Below, one piece after another: positions 50,706 to 63,150 of a DNA stretch of 64,000 bases (the stretch's first letter is position 1; each line of letters begins with the position of its first letter). The stretch comes from Octopus sinensis (taxonomy: Eukaryota), in NCBI RefSeq assembly GCF_006345805.1, contig NC_042997.1, positions 168,330,001-168,394,000 of the forward strand, in the 5' to 3' direction. The position numbers and the translations under genes are program-made. The notes beneath the pieces were generated by a model that was not told where the DNA came from, made no database searches, and worked only from the letters and a program-made list of their open reading frames with translations.

Positions 50706-50945
50706 TCATCATCGTCATCGTTTAACATCTGCTTTCCATGCTAGCATAGGTTGGACGATTTTGACTGAGGGCTGGCGAACCAGATGGCTGCACCAGGCTC
50801 CAATCTTGATCTAGCAGAGTTTCTACAGCTGGATGCTCTTCCTAATGCCTACCACTCCGAGAGTGTAGTGGGTGCTTTTTACGTGCCCCCGGCACGGGGG
50901 CCAGTCAGGCGGTACTGGCAATGAACTCGCTCGAATTATTTTACA
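50706..50945 (-). mobile_element. RTE 3' UTR copy
   Basis: CATCATCGTTTAACATCTGCTTTCCATGCTAGC signature. Other copies at 51715-51945 (+), 53328-53572 (-), 34540-34690 (+), 37240-37400 (+) and 42505-42700 (+). Confidence 0.8.
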
Positions 50946-51072
50946 AGTGCCAGTGAAGCAACGTTGGTAACGATTATGTGTATATATGTATGTATATATA
51001 TGTGTATTTATTTATATATATATATATATATATGTGTATTTATTTATATATATATATATATGTGTATTTATT

Positions 51073-51111
<39 letters not shown>

Positions 51112-53568
51112 ATGGCAGTAATGTGTATATTTGTTTCCTTGTATTGATGTCACGTGCTAATTGTAAACAAACAGCCACAACATATGAGCTTGCCATATTT
51201 TGTGGAAATATGCCTGGATTTTGTGTTGGGTGTGTTCTAAAGACTAAAGGAAACTTCCTGTTTAGAAACAGGTGAGGGTTGTTAACAAGGAGAGAAGTTC
51301 AGCACTGCACGTAACTTCATCTGTCACTGGATCCTGAACCACATAACCTCAATTCAAATAGCAGTTGCTAAACTGTAACTAAGCACTCATTTTTGCAAGA
51401 AACAAAGTTTAACCTCATTTTAAAAAGAACTTCCTGTCTGTACTATCTATTACTTTTCTTTCTTTCACACACTTACAAACTTACCTGTTCAATCACCTCA
51501 TTCAATCTTCTGTACTCTTTATATACCCTTCCTTGTAACCTGAGGATACACTCAGTCACATCTTCTTCACCATCTACTCTCTTTCTTTTCTCATCTGGAA
51601 GTAGCCATGTATCTCCTCTATTGCCAGACCTGTTTCTGTCCTATTATATTCTAACCCTCTCAGTTCTTGGCACAAAGCTGCCTCTCCCAATACTACTCTC
51701 CACTCTGTTGTGGGGTTTTGTCTTGCAAGTTACATGGTGACTTCACTGTTGGAGGTGTCATGTAAAAAGCACCCAGTATACTCCGTAAAGTAGTTAGTAT
51801 TTGGAAGAGTATCCAGTTGTAGAATCCATGCCAAAACAGACATTAGCACTTGGTGCTATCCTCTGGCTTACCAGCTGCTGTCAAACCATCCAGCCCATGT
51901 GAACTTGGAATGCTGATGTTAAATGATGAGGATGACGATGGTGATGATAATGGTTTAATAGAGTTCTTTGGAATATTTTCTTGCTTTAACTTTTGAGTGT
52001 CGTGGTAGTTACACCTAAAGTAGTGAGTTAGAATTTGGTGATAGCATTTATCAATTATTTATTCATTGTTATTTGTTAATGATTTAATTAGAGAAAAAGC
52101 TTGCATTTACAAAAAAAATCACATGATATTCCAGTGTCATGTACACACCAGCAATCTAAATAATACCAGGATTTATTGATTTTGAGCAGGAGTAGAGTGA
52201 TCACGTATTTTATCATGGCAGCAATGCTTTCATTCATAATGAGGGCCTCCACAAAATCTCTGGACTTAAAAGCAAAATCTGTTAAGTATTTTCTTCAATG
52301 TTTTCCTGAAGAAATCTTTGGTCAGTGTGAGCAATGAGGCCACAAGGTATGCTCCTCAACCAGGTAACATCACCTTTATTATTACATCAATGGAGTAAAT
52401 GAAGGTATATCTTATGTATCCTAAGGCTCTATCTCCAAGACTACCTATGTGTACTTTATACTATACCAAGCATCAAATGCTTCAAAAATAATATAATTTC
52501 TAAAGAATTTTATGTATTTCATGGTTCTTCATAAATTTGCTTTAATCTTGTTTTCAAAATATCCATGGAAATTCTATGTGTACAGATGACAAGTTTATAA
52601 GTTTACACTTTGTTCTGTGCACCTTGACAATAAAGGTTGCTTATATCCTATATTTGCCAGCATTGAATTCATTTAAAAACCACTAAGTTCCCCTACTGGC
52701 CCCTGTATTATATTGGGTTGGTGCATAATTATTGCCGCTTTTTTTCAGCAAATTTTATTTAACAAAGACATCTTTAAATGGTCTGACCATCTGCCAAGTA
52801 AAAGTAAAATAAAATTGTAAACAAAATGCTTATGAGCCATTTATCAATTTTACTCTACTACTGCTTCTTAGTATAACAATCTGTAAGTTGTTTCCTACTT
52901 TATAGTATCGAGTTTGGACTCTGACCACGAAAATTAAATAATCCATCTGTAAATAGGAAGTCAATGCTGGTAACAGGATACTAGCTGGACCGTCTTAACT
53001 GTCAGGCACCAATGTATTGTGATAAACTCTCACATTGATTTTGACATAAGTATTCCTTCCCCTTGTTTAGTCAAGGAATGAAACTATCTAGTCTAAGTTA
53101 TTTTTAGACAGAATTAACCTGAATCTATGTGACAAGCATGTGACTTCAAATCAAGGTTACAGTCTATCTATCTGACTGGTTTCTTCACATTTTCCATCTC
53201 ATTTTCCTCACATGGCTTGGATTGACTCAAGTCTACGGAAGAGGATACTTCCACAATGTGTTATACAATAGAATTGAATGTAGGATCTAATGATTTAACC
53301 GCTTAGCCAATGTGCCTATATATATATATCATCATCATCATCATCATTTAGTGTCTGCTTTCCATGCTAGCATGGGTTGGACGGTTCAACTGGGGACTGG
53401 GAAGCCAGAAGGCTGTGCCAGGCCCAGTCTGATCTGGCAATGTTTCTACGGCTAGATGCCCTTCCTAACGCCAACCACTCCGTGAGTGTAGTGGGTGCTT
53501 TTTACGTGCCACCAGCACAGGGGCCAGGCGAGGCTGGCAACGGACACGATCGGATGGTGCTTTTTACG

Positions 53569-53610
<42 letters not shown>

Positions 53611-54299
53611 AGTCCCTTTTGCATCTGCTTTCCTTGATGCATAGATTAGATGGATTATCACACACTGAGTTATTTACTGCTCTCTTAGATAGTTCAGAGG
53701 ATCATTTCTCACTCATACACGATCTACTTTTCAAGATTGGATGCTCTTCCTAATACCAATTTCTTTACTGAGTATACTAGGTCCACAAGCCATTGTATAG
53801 AATTCATTGAGTGCATATTATCATGGTATCAACACCTGTGAGGTTGCCCTGTCCTTTGCAAGACCAAAAGTCATTGCTACTCTGTTGTCTCCATTCATTC
53901 AAGACAACATAATCAAGAGGTTATTGTGAGAGAGAGAGAGAGAGAGTAATGGTTAGCTGTATAGAATAGTAATGGTGGAAGTATATCAGATAAACATACC
54001 TGATACAGTTCTCCCATTGCCTACATATTGTTGTAACAAGAGAGAAAGATAGAGGGAGAGAAAGGTGAAGAGGTAGGGCTGGTTGTAGGAGGTGATTGAA
54101 TACAGACACATCCAAAGCTATCCCTTGTTACATGGATGGCAACAGTACAGTGGGAAATGGAGAAGGTGGGTGTTTGCTAGAGAGATGAGAAGATATCAAT
54201 AAGGTAGAGTGGGCAGCAGATGGAGACTGAACAGGTCCAAATGTTGAAAAATTATACATCCCAGGCTCCATCACTACCACCATTTTAATACTGTATTTG

Positions 54300-55695
54300 T
54301 GTTATAATCTTTTTAATGTTGGATTATTATAACACCCACTTTGGTATACAGTATACTTAGAAAAATCAGTAAAGATATGATGATCTCTGAACACCTATGT
54401 ACTCTACTGGTACTTCACGTACTTCTCTTTATCTATGTTGTTCCATTTGTCATGTGGGAGGGGTGTACCATTATTACTAATTCCCTACAACTCCCCTTTT
54501 AAGTTTTTCTTAGGAATTGTCATTTTTTTTATTTACCCCACCTCCTTTTTTTGAGCTTCTTTTTTCGTGTAATTCAATATTTTTTGTACTTGGTATCTAT
54601 TTTCAAGAACTCTCTATATTTTCTTTTCCTCTGTCTTGTATGCCTGGGTTCAATCACCTACAGTGGTGTTGGTACTTGGAATGTATTGTACAACCATTCC
54701 ATTGGTTCCTCCAACTTCTTTGGTTCGTTTACCACCAGTCTCTTTTTCAGTTGGTTTCTTCCTGAGTCTCTTTTGTATGCCTTTTCTACTTTTACCCAAT
54801 ACACCATTTTACCTTTGCATTTAGTAATTATGCCATCTTCCCAATTCAACTTTCCATTCTTGTATGCCTTCATATACATCTTTTCATCAACTTTAAAGAC
54901 TTTTGCTATGTCTTCCCTGGCACTTTTTCTTTTCTTGCCAGGTAGCAATTTATCAAAGACTAATAAAGCTGTAGAAATGAGATGCGACATCACTAGTGCC
55001 AAGCTGTATCGGCCTTTGCCTTTCCCTTGGATAACATCAGTGGTGTGGAGAGGAGAGGCTGGTATGCATGAGTGACTGCTAGCCTTCCACAAACAACCTT
55101 GCCTGGACTTGTGCCTTGGAGGGTAACTTTCTAGGTGCAATCCCATGGTCATTCATGACCGAAGGGGGTCTCCTCAATATTATTTGTTGTTGTTGCTTCT
55201 GTTGTTGCTCTTGCAGTTGTATCTGCTGCTGCTGTTGTTCTTCCAGTTGTTCTTGGTAGAGTTGTTGCTTCAGTTTTTATTCTTGCATTTGTAGCTGCTG
55301 CTCTTGTTATTCTTTCAGTTGCTGTTGTTGCTGTTTTTGCAACTCTAGCAAACTGGCCAACAAATTTTCCATAATTTTGCAATTTTTTTTTTCATAAAAT
55401 TCACACAACAAAACTTTGTGAGTTTAACTTCTCGTAAGTTGTTAATTCCTTCTAAAGTTTATTAATTCCTCGTGAGTTGTTTGAATCCTTGTTGCCACCG
55501 TTATAATCCTTTTAATGTTGGATTATGATAACGGTCACTTTGGTATACAGTATACTTAGTAAAACCAGTAAAGACTATCTCTGACTGCCTACTACGTACT
55601 CTGGTATTTCACATACTTCTCTTTACTTATAGTGACCAGCTTATTCCATTGGTCACGAGAGATGGGTGTACCTTTATTACTAAACCCCTATAGCA
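54300..55695 (-). mobile_element. Internally deleted Ty3/Gypsy (Mag-like) LTR element, 1.4 kb
   Basis: LTRs at 54300-54489 and 55499-55695, TG..CA ends, 5-bp TSD ATTTG. PBS TGGCAACAAGGAT at 55485-55497, PPT AAAAGGGGAG at 54491-54500. Q-rich gag-like start and integrase C-terminal relic. Confidence 0.85.
54965..55170 (+). mobile_element. Family-E SINE body inside the LTR element
   Basis: Shares GCCTTTGCCTTTCCCTTGGATAACA..GAGGCTGGTATGCATG with 49360-49620. Confidence 0.7.
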
Positions 55696-56341
55696 ATTTG
55701 CCATTCCCTACCACAATTTACTTACTACCAGTTGTTGCAGCCCTTTGTTTCTCCTTTGTGCAATTCAGCATCTTGAGATAAGTTATCAGTACTCAAAGCA
55801 CTGTGTGTGTGTGTGTGTGTACATGTGTGCAGTGCGAAACTGCTATGATCTCTTTGACATTGACTGATGAGGAATCAGCTGCAGATTTTTTATGTACTAT
55901 GGTTTTGTCTAATTTTTCATTCATATCTTTGTTAAATTCGTCCGTTTGTTGTGTTCTTTTTTATTAAATGTAAAGAGATAGAAGATTGTCTGGGAAAAAA
56001 AATCTATTGCTTAATTGATTTCAGTTGAAAATTATGTATAGAGATGTGTTTGTTGTTGATTGAACCAATATCCGTTTATTACTGATACTTATTTTATTGA
56101 CCCAGGAGTAGAATCAAAGTCAGGCAAGATTTGAACATGTTATATAAAAGTATGAATTCAAAGATTGTTAGACACTTTAGTCCATTGGGATTATTGACCA
56201 AATGACTACATTCAAACCTTAGTGTTGGCACCCTGTTCTTTCCTCAGTCTGCTGCTGGCTAATATCTGGTGTCTGTTCTTTGTGTATGGATAACAACAGG
56301 AAAGTTGTGCTGGTGTAAAAACACTTGCTCCAAGACCTATC

Positions 56342-56720
56342 TTTTACTTGTTTCAATCACTGGACTGTGGCCATGGTGGGACAACACCTTGAAGAGTTTT
56401 AATTGAATAAATCAAACTCAGTACTTTTTTTTATTTTTTTTTAAAGTCTGGTATTTATTCTATCATTTTTATGTTGCTGAACTGCTAAGTTACAGGGACA
56501 TAAACAAACCAATACCAGTTGTCAAGAGTAGGTAGACAGACACAAACACAAAAATATACATGTACACCTGATGAGTTTCTGTCTACCAAATCTGCTCTCA
56601 AGGCTTTGGTCAGCCCAGGACTATAGTAGAAGACATTTGCCTAAGGTGCCAAGCAGTGGGACTGAACCTGAAATCATTCTGTTGGGAAGCAAACTTCTTA
56701 CCACACAACCATCACACCTA
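56342..56720 (-). mobile_element. Family-C SINE
   Basis: TTTTACTTGTTTCAATCACTGGACTGTGGCC...GGGACTGAACC signature. Confidence 0.7.
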
Positions 56721-56796
56721 TTTCTAGCATGATTAAAAGAGTAATTAAGCAGTAAAATAAATACTTAAATATATTAGTTCTGATGAATTTATGTGA

Positions 56797-57270
56797 AGGC
56801 GTGTGACTTAGTGGTTAGTGTATTCAGCTCATGATTGTAAGGTCATAAGTTCAATTCCTGGTGATGTGTTGTGTCCTTGAGCGAGACACTTTATTTCACA
56901 TTACTCCAGATCACTCAGCTGGCAAAAATGATTAGTACCTGTATTTCAAAGGGCCAGCCTTTTCATACTTATTTCTTTACTACCCACAAGGGGCTAAACA
57001 CAGAAGGGACAAACAAACGGATTAAGTCGATTATATCGACCCCAGTGCATAATGTAGCGGCAGACGAAATACCGCTAGGCATTTCACCCGGCGTGCTAAC
57101 GATTCTGCTAGCTCGCCTTGTCATACTTGGTGTCATGCTGAATCTCCCTGAGAACTATGGTAAGGATACATGTGTCTGTGCTCAGCCACATGCACATTAA
57201 TTTCATGAGCAGGCTGTTCCATTGATCGGATCAACTGGAACCCTCATCGTCATAACTGACGGAGTGCCAG
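56797..57270 (+). mobile_element. Family-D SINE split by an internally deleted family-A SINE (56971-57117, minus)
   Basis: 11-bp TSD TT(T/G)TCATACTT at 56960-56970 and 57118-57128. Confidence 0.8.
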
Positions 57271-58036
57271 ATAAATTTGCTTTTATCAAAATGAAAATTT
57301 ATATATTATGTCTATTATTTGTGATGGCAAAGGGAATATGTTTATAAATTTTTTTCTTTAAAGTGAAATAAATCATTGCTATTGTTTTATTTATACTTGG
57401 CAGACTAATCTAGTTTATTGGATATTTGAAAATGTCTTTTTCTTTCTCTCTGGTCTTTAAGTATTTTCTTTTTCTGTCATGAAATGTGGCCTTATTTTAT
57501 CATTAAATTCAACATGAATAAAAAATAAATAAATAAATAATCAAATATAAAAATGCAAACAAAAATGAACTGGGCAAAAGTGTACTTGTTTCAGATTACT
57601 TAACGCAAAAACACACAAACATTGAAACAAAAGAATATTGCAAACACCCCTCCCTACTCAAGGCAGTACAGTGAGGAATTGTTGGTTATTGTAGTCATCA
57701 AAAGGGATGGTGAGGGATATGGTTGTAAGAGATTATACTACTAGATGTGCTAAAGCCTCACTGCCTCTCAATTTAGCTGTTCTATTGGCGTCATTTCCTC
57801 TTTCAAGTACTATAAACTTAGAATGAATCCTAGTTTGAAGTGTCTTTAATTAAGAGTTGAGTTCATAGTGCTTTTTGTATCCTTAGCTTATTGTCTTAGT
57901 CATGTTTTACTGAAGGTTAGTAACTATATTACGCTACAGTGTTGAATTGGTGCTTTTTTCTAAGAATTAACTTTGTCAAATGTATCATACTTGTCCTTTG
58001 TGTGTGTGTGTGTGTATATATATATATAATATATAT

Positions 58037-58110
58037 ACAATTTATAAGTAAGGGCAAAAGAAAAAAATTCTAATGCCAATTTTTTTCTTTTGCCCTTACT
58101 TATAAATTGT
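58037..58110. repeat. Perfect 33-bp inverted repeat with 8-nt loop
   Basis: ACAATTTATAAGTAAGGGCAAAAGAAAAAAATT-ctaatgcc-AATTTTTTTCTTTTGCCCTTACTTATAAATTGT, checked base by base. Confidence 0.95.
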
Positions 58111-58303
58111 TTATAAATTTAACCTTTAAAGGTATTTTTTAATATGCTGACCATTGATAAAATTTTTTTCGAAAAATTTTATCCTACATTAGATATATAT
58201 ATATATCTTTGAAAAAATGAATAGAAAAAGGCTCTTCTGATAATTTTTCTTTTATATAATAATGAACCAAGGACTTTCTAGTTCTTATTCTGCTATATAT
58301 ATC

Positions 58304-59105
58304 CAGTGTGCGATGGGTAAATTGTTACTATTTTATATTTTTACTTTTTGCGTATTGTTTATTTTTGATCTTGTTGACTACACAGTAGAGTAGAGTCTGT
58401 TGGGCACCATCTGTGAGAAAAACAGCACCATGACACAATTTCCTCTGACAGAAATTCGGAAACAATGAGCTGTACTACTTCACATTCATGCCAGAAGCTC
58501 CAATACAAACATTTCAGAGTGTTGAGGTGTCAATCTGAGGACATAAACCAATAGTGATAAAAATCAAACAGCCGGTCAATATCATGGTGTTTGAAGTGAT
58601 CACTTGTGATGGTGAAGTTATGCCTCCATTCATCTTCCCACACAGCCTCATACTCAACATGGAGGCCTACATCAAGTGCCAGGAGGAGGTAATGCTGCCC
58701 TGAGTCAAGGAGGTTGTTGTTGGGAGACCCTATGTCTGGCAACAGGACTCTGCACCATGTTACACAAGCAGGAGAATGCAGACTGCAACCTCCTTGATTA
58801 TTATGCAAGGGGTGCAGTTAAGTGAGTGACCAACAAAACTCCTTGTAACACCAAAGATGAACTGAAGGCAAGGATTATGACAGCATTCACCATCTTAATC
58901 AAGGAAACTGTCCAGAAGAGTTGCGGGAGATTCCGAAGTTGTCTGGAGGCTGTTGTTGAAGCCAATTGCAATTTTATTGAATAAATTTACTTTTTAATAT
59001 TTCAAAATATTTCTGTGTTATTTTGGTAAATATATCTTAAAATGAGATGTCAGTGTTACTTTCATTTTTGTGTAATTTAGATGACAGTTGATTCACTGCA
59101 CTCTG
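58304..59105 (+). mobile_element. Deleted DD37D (maT-type) element with degenerate TIRs
   Basis: WQQDSAPCYT fused to DCNLLDY by an internal deletion; CAGTGTGC../..GCACTCTG termini. Confidence 0.7.
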
Positions 59106-61381
59106 TATATACACACATACATACACAAAAATATATATAGGTGCATTGCTTTTCATTTATGACATGACCAGTTTGATCCCCCTTCAATCTTGGGCAAATT
59201 TTGTTCTCTAACCTCAGGTTCATTCATACCATGTGAGTGAAATTGGGAAGTTGGGAACTGGACAGAATCTTATTGGATGATATTGTATCCTTGCATTTGT
59301 ATATAGACTACACTGTAACAGTGTTATAACACTGCAAAAACTAAATCAGTAACAAACGTGTAACAAACTTATATCTCTTCTCAATGACTTCTACGACTGC
59401 CTTTACAAATGTGACTGCACATACCACACTGTACGTTGCCCTGTCAGTACACATGCACCTTTATATGGTTTAGGACAGTTCACTTGCTATCCCACAGGGG
59501 TGTCAGGATTTCACCACAACAAATGGCTTGTATCTGTAATCCAAAAATGCACATCCTTCTCACATATTGTGGAATCCTCAGTAAAACTTATGTGTTAATT
59601 TGAGAGTAGAAAATTCCATTGATAAAATAACTGAATTTTCATGGTCAAATGATAATACCCACCCCCACATTTATAAAAGATAATGTAAATATTTAATATC
59701 ACCCTTTTAATGTGTAGTAGTAATAGCTCGGTCTGTTTAAATTACTATCTATAACTAATTGCACCTAATTTTATTAGGATCCCAAGAGTTAAGAAATATA
59801 GGTGTTGTAATTTGTTTCTGAGAAGAGGGGAGGTTGCAGGTGCTTATCTTGATTAATCTTTTTTTTAAAGTTAGTTATTTGATAACAGTTTTTAGTTAAT
59901 CTTTTTTTAAGAGCATATTTTCATATATTTGATAACTAAATACCAATGTAAAATTTTTTAAAGGCCATTGTATCATAAATAGCTGCAAACTAAGAGATGT
60001 TGTGTGTTTGTAATCATAGTGTAATTGTTGGTATTCATTTGTCAAGTTCTTTTGTGCGTGTCTCCAAACCTTTATTTGTTACTTTATTCTAATTCAAATC
60101 TCTTCTTTAAGTACTTTATTTACAGTATTGACATTATGACCTTTGTGGTTTCATACACTCTTGAGAAAGTGCAGCTTAGTGCTGTATGCAGCTGCTGTAT
60201 ATAATTGATGTTTCATAAGATTGCAGTGTTGAAATTGAATCTTCTCAGATGCCTTGAGAAGATGATAGTAAATTATTTCAGCTTGTCCTCCAAAAGCTTC
60301 TTTGATGTTTCAGTAATCTAATAAGGTTAGAAAACATTTTGTTCAGTAAATTAGTAAAGCAAATTTTATTTGTATGCTTTCTCCAAATAGTTACCTACAA
60401 GAAGACAATCTTGTTTAAAGGCTTATCTTTCATATGCTTTTGGTTTCAAAGTAAGAGGAAATGGTGTTATTTGATGTACATACTAACTAGTCACAAAAGC
60501 ACTTGTGGTGACGTTGTCCGTGAGCTATGCCTATTACAGTGACAGTAATGGGGGACAGATTTGTGACACTTATGCTAAGAACCAGTTTCCATTGTGGCTC
60601 TGTTATATAAGTGAAGATTATATAAGTATGATTGTAATATTTGAGACTATTAACCTCATCATTTAGAAATAAAGGATGTGTCACTATTTACATCTGTATT
60701 GTGTTTCAATAAGTTTAATCTCTAATCATCATCAGGTATCTTATTTTTGGATGGTACCTAGTTTTATTCAAGTTTGGTATTTTGTAAATATTCAAGAGTA
60801 AGTAATCTGATAATGATCACAGATCAAACCTATTAAAATGTAATATAGCTGTAAATGTTTAAAAAAAATTTTTTTGTCCATCTCTAAAGATGTAGTTAAC
60901 AGTCAAAATTACTAACATCTCGAAGTTGTAGATATTTGTAAAAAATAAATTTGTAATGCCCTCCCTGCTCCCACAAAAAAAAGAACTGACAGCCTACTGA
61001 TAAGTAATGTAGTAGTGCACACATTAAAGATGTGCTTATCTTATCTTGGGATTCAGTTATTTATCTTCAAATGTGAAAAGTCTTTCCTGAAATAGGATAT
61101 TTTTTATCATTGTATTTATGAACTGGATACTTTTTTTCCCCTCAAGTCAAATAAAATCAAGTATCTTTTCTTGAAAAATCAACTTGTAACCTACCAGTAT
61201 GTAATGTAGTTAGTACTGTATTCACTCTATTTTGCATATGCAGCTGTTTTTTTTTTATATATATAATCTCTTCTGTCAGCATTGAATGATAAATGCTGAT
61301 GCTAAGCATATAAAAAATATATATATAAAAGTTGTCTGTCATTAACCATTTTTTTTATTGTTTATATTTTTTTTATTTTAG

Positions 61382-61515
61382 ATCCTGAGTGGGCATCATG
61401 TACATTAGGTATTTTCCTTTGTCAAGACTGTGCTGGAATACATCGCAGCCTTTCAACTGGTGTCAGTCGAATAAAGTCTATACATTTGGACAGATGGGAA
61501 AGCGAACAGCTTCAG
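61382..61515 (+). CDS. ADAP1: Coding exon 2 of the ADAP1/2-like ArfGAP: (D)PEWASCTLGIFLCQDCAGIHRSLSTGVSRIKSIHLDRWESEQLQ
   Basis: T-rich acceptor ttttttatttTAG|ATC and donor CAG|GTGAAT. 134 nt, phase-compatible with exon 1 (G+AT=Asp). Completes C-x2-C-x16-C-x2-C-x4-R, with the arginine at position 49. Exon 3 was not found in the window. Confidence 0.92.
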
Positions 61516-62084
61516 GTGAATTTTTTGAATTTATATACCTAAAAAACATTATTTGTATCAATTATTCTAATGACAAGCTCAAAGACTTATTTTTATAGCT
61601 TAGTCAGAGGTAAAAAGGTAGTACCTATGACCTTTACAGGAACACCATGCTTTTAGGTGAGGTGGAAGGGGAAGAGACCATTACTTGTGTTGCTGCAGTA
61701 GAAAGCTGAACATTAGGATATCAAATTGTCTGCCTTGAGACTAGAGATGTGGTCTGAATACTTGCAGTGACCAGGTGGTGGTGATAAACTGAACAATGGA
61801 TTAGATCTACCATCTAGTTTTACCTGTCAAAGCACTTGCCTAAAATGCTATGCCATGAGATAAAAGCCCAATGCCATATAATTGAGAAGCAAAATTCACA
61901 AACCATTTACACAATGTGAGGTTAAGGTGTTGATTTACTAATTACATGATTTCAAATCTTAGTACAACTGTTGTGTAAAGTCCTTAACTTGGTTTGCTCC
62001 AGTTTGCCTGACAAAAACTGGTTTCACTTGTACTTCACATGAGTAGTCAGCAGTAAGACACTCTCTCTCTTGATATATATATAT

Positions 62085-62515
62085 CATCATCATCATTATT
62101 TAACATCCGCTTTCCATGCTAGCATGGGTTAGACGAATGACTGAGGGCTGGCGAACCAGATGGCTGCACCAGGCTTCAATCTTGATCTGGCAGAGTTTCT
62201 ACAGCTGGATGCCCTTCCTAATACCAACCACTCCGGGAGTGTAGTTGGTGCTTTTACATGCCACCAGCACGGGACCAGTCAGGTGGTACTGGCAATGACC
62301 TCGCTCGAATCTTTTACACGTGCCACCGGCACAGGTGCCAGTAAGGCGATGCTGGTAATGATCACGCTCGAATGGTGTCTTTTACATGCCACTGGCACGG
62401 AGGCCAGATAGCTGCTCTGGCAACAATCACGCTTGAATGGTGCTCTTAATACCCTACTAGCATGGGGCTGGTAATGGTCATGCTCGAATGGTGCCTTTCA
62501 AGTGCCACTGACACT
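62085..62515 (-). mobile_element. RTE 3' UTR copy with 4-5 internal ~60-nt tandem subunits
   Basis: Repeating TTTTACA.GCCAC.GGCAC...GGCAATGA..CGCTCGAATGGTG units. Confidence 0.8.
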
Positions 62516-62544
62516 AGTCCAGAATTGGGGGAAGGCTAGCTCTG

Positions 62545-63150
62545 CTTTCAGTAAGCTTTATCACAGGCTTTAGAACAGCCACAACACATTGTTGAAAGTG
62601 AAAGTCGATATATATAAGTCGGTGGTCTTGACCACATTGCTTTAAGGTGCTGATGTACCAAAAGCACATCAACCAGCTTGACACTTTTCATATGTGATGC
62701 TTGCTTATTATCTCCAACATAAAACTGAGTAACCATATCCATAACAGTGAGATACTAACAGAATGCAACATGTTGGGTGTTGGGGCCTTCCTTGTCGGAA
62801 TACAGCTTGGATGGTCGGGTCATCTCTTACATGTGGATGATATCAGAGTTCCAAATGGGAGGGTCAGCTGGGAGTCACTCATGTGCTTCAGGTACAAACT
62901 GGGGGATGGTCTGGGGCAGTGTGGAATTCCTTTTTCTTCCTGGGAAAACAAAGCATCAGAACACAGGACCTGGCACCAGTCCTGCTTTTCTTTAGTTGAA
63001 AAATTTGAGCCAAGTCAACTCTAGCATTGGGACCAACTTTGTGCAGGCATGAGGGCACACTGGCAAAATGTTCATCTAAATGGAAACCTTACCTGTCATT
63101 GTGATTTTTGGCAGAAAGCAAAGCAGGCCTTGCTGTCCACTCAAGAAAGC
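62545..63150 (+). mobile_element. 3' ORF relic of a second RTE lineage with C-terminal Cys/His motif
   Basis: AFSKL..KVDIYKSVVLTTLL..QLGWSGHLLHVDD..QCGIPFSSWE..TCHC..SKAGLAVHSRKH. Confidence 0.75.

Larger units (their letters stand above)
12793..61381 (+). other. Intron 1 of the ADAP-like gene, 48,589 bp, GT-AG
   Basis: Defined by the two in-phase exons; I recognised no intervening ADAP coding sequence. Confidence 0.85.

Noticed and set aside
46779-51275. His/Thr- and Tyr/Ile-rich ORFs (46779, 46817, 50412, 50456, 50964; also 1635, 21369)
   Set aside because: Translations of CA/TA/TG microsatellites.
54551-55382. Long ORFs of 174, 164 and 77 aa as host genes
   Set aside because: Antisense or off-frame readings of the LTR element and the SINE inside it.
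55830-55890. Hammerhead ribozyme (CGAAAC ... CTGATGAGG)
   Set aside because: Core words are present but stems I-III cannot be paired.
60478-60600. Cryptic exon after TACTAAC-TAG
   Set aside because: The branch-point-like heptamer abuts the AG with no pyrimidine tract, and no matching donor or phase was found.
61389-61598. ORF-track peptide MGIMYIRY...
   Set aside because: Out-of-frame shadow of true exon 2.
62250-62510. CRISPR-like array
   Set aside because: Eukaryotic DNA; units are degenerate tandem repeats without unique spacers, and no cas genes are present.
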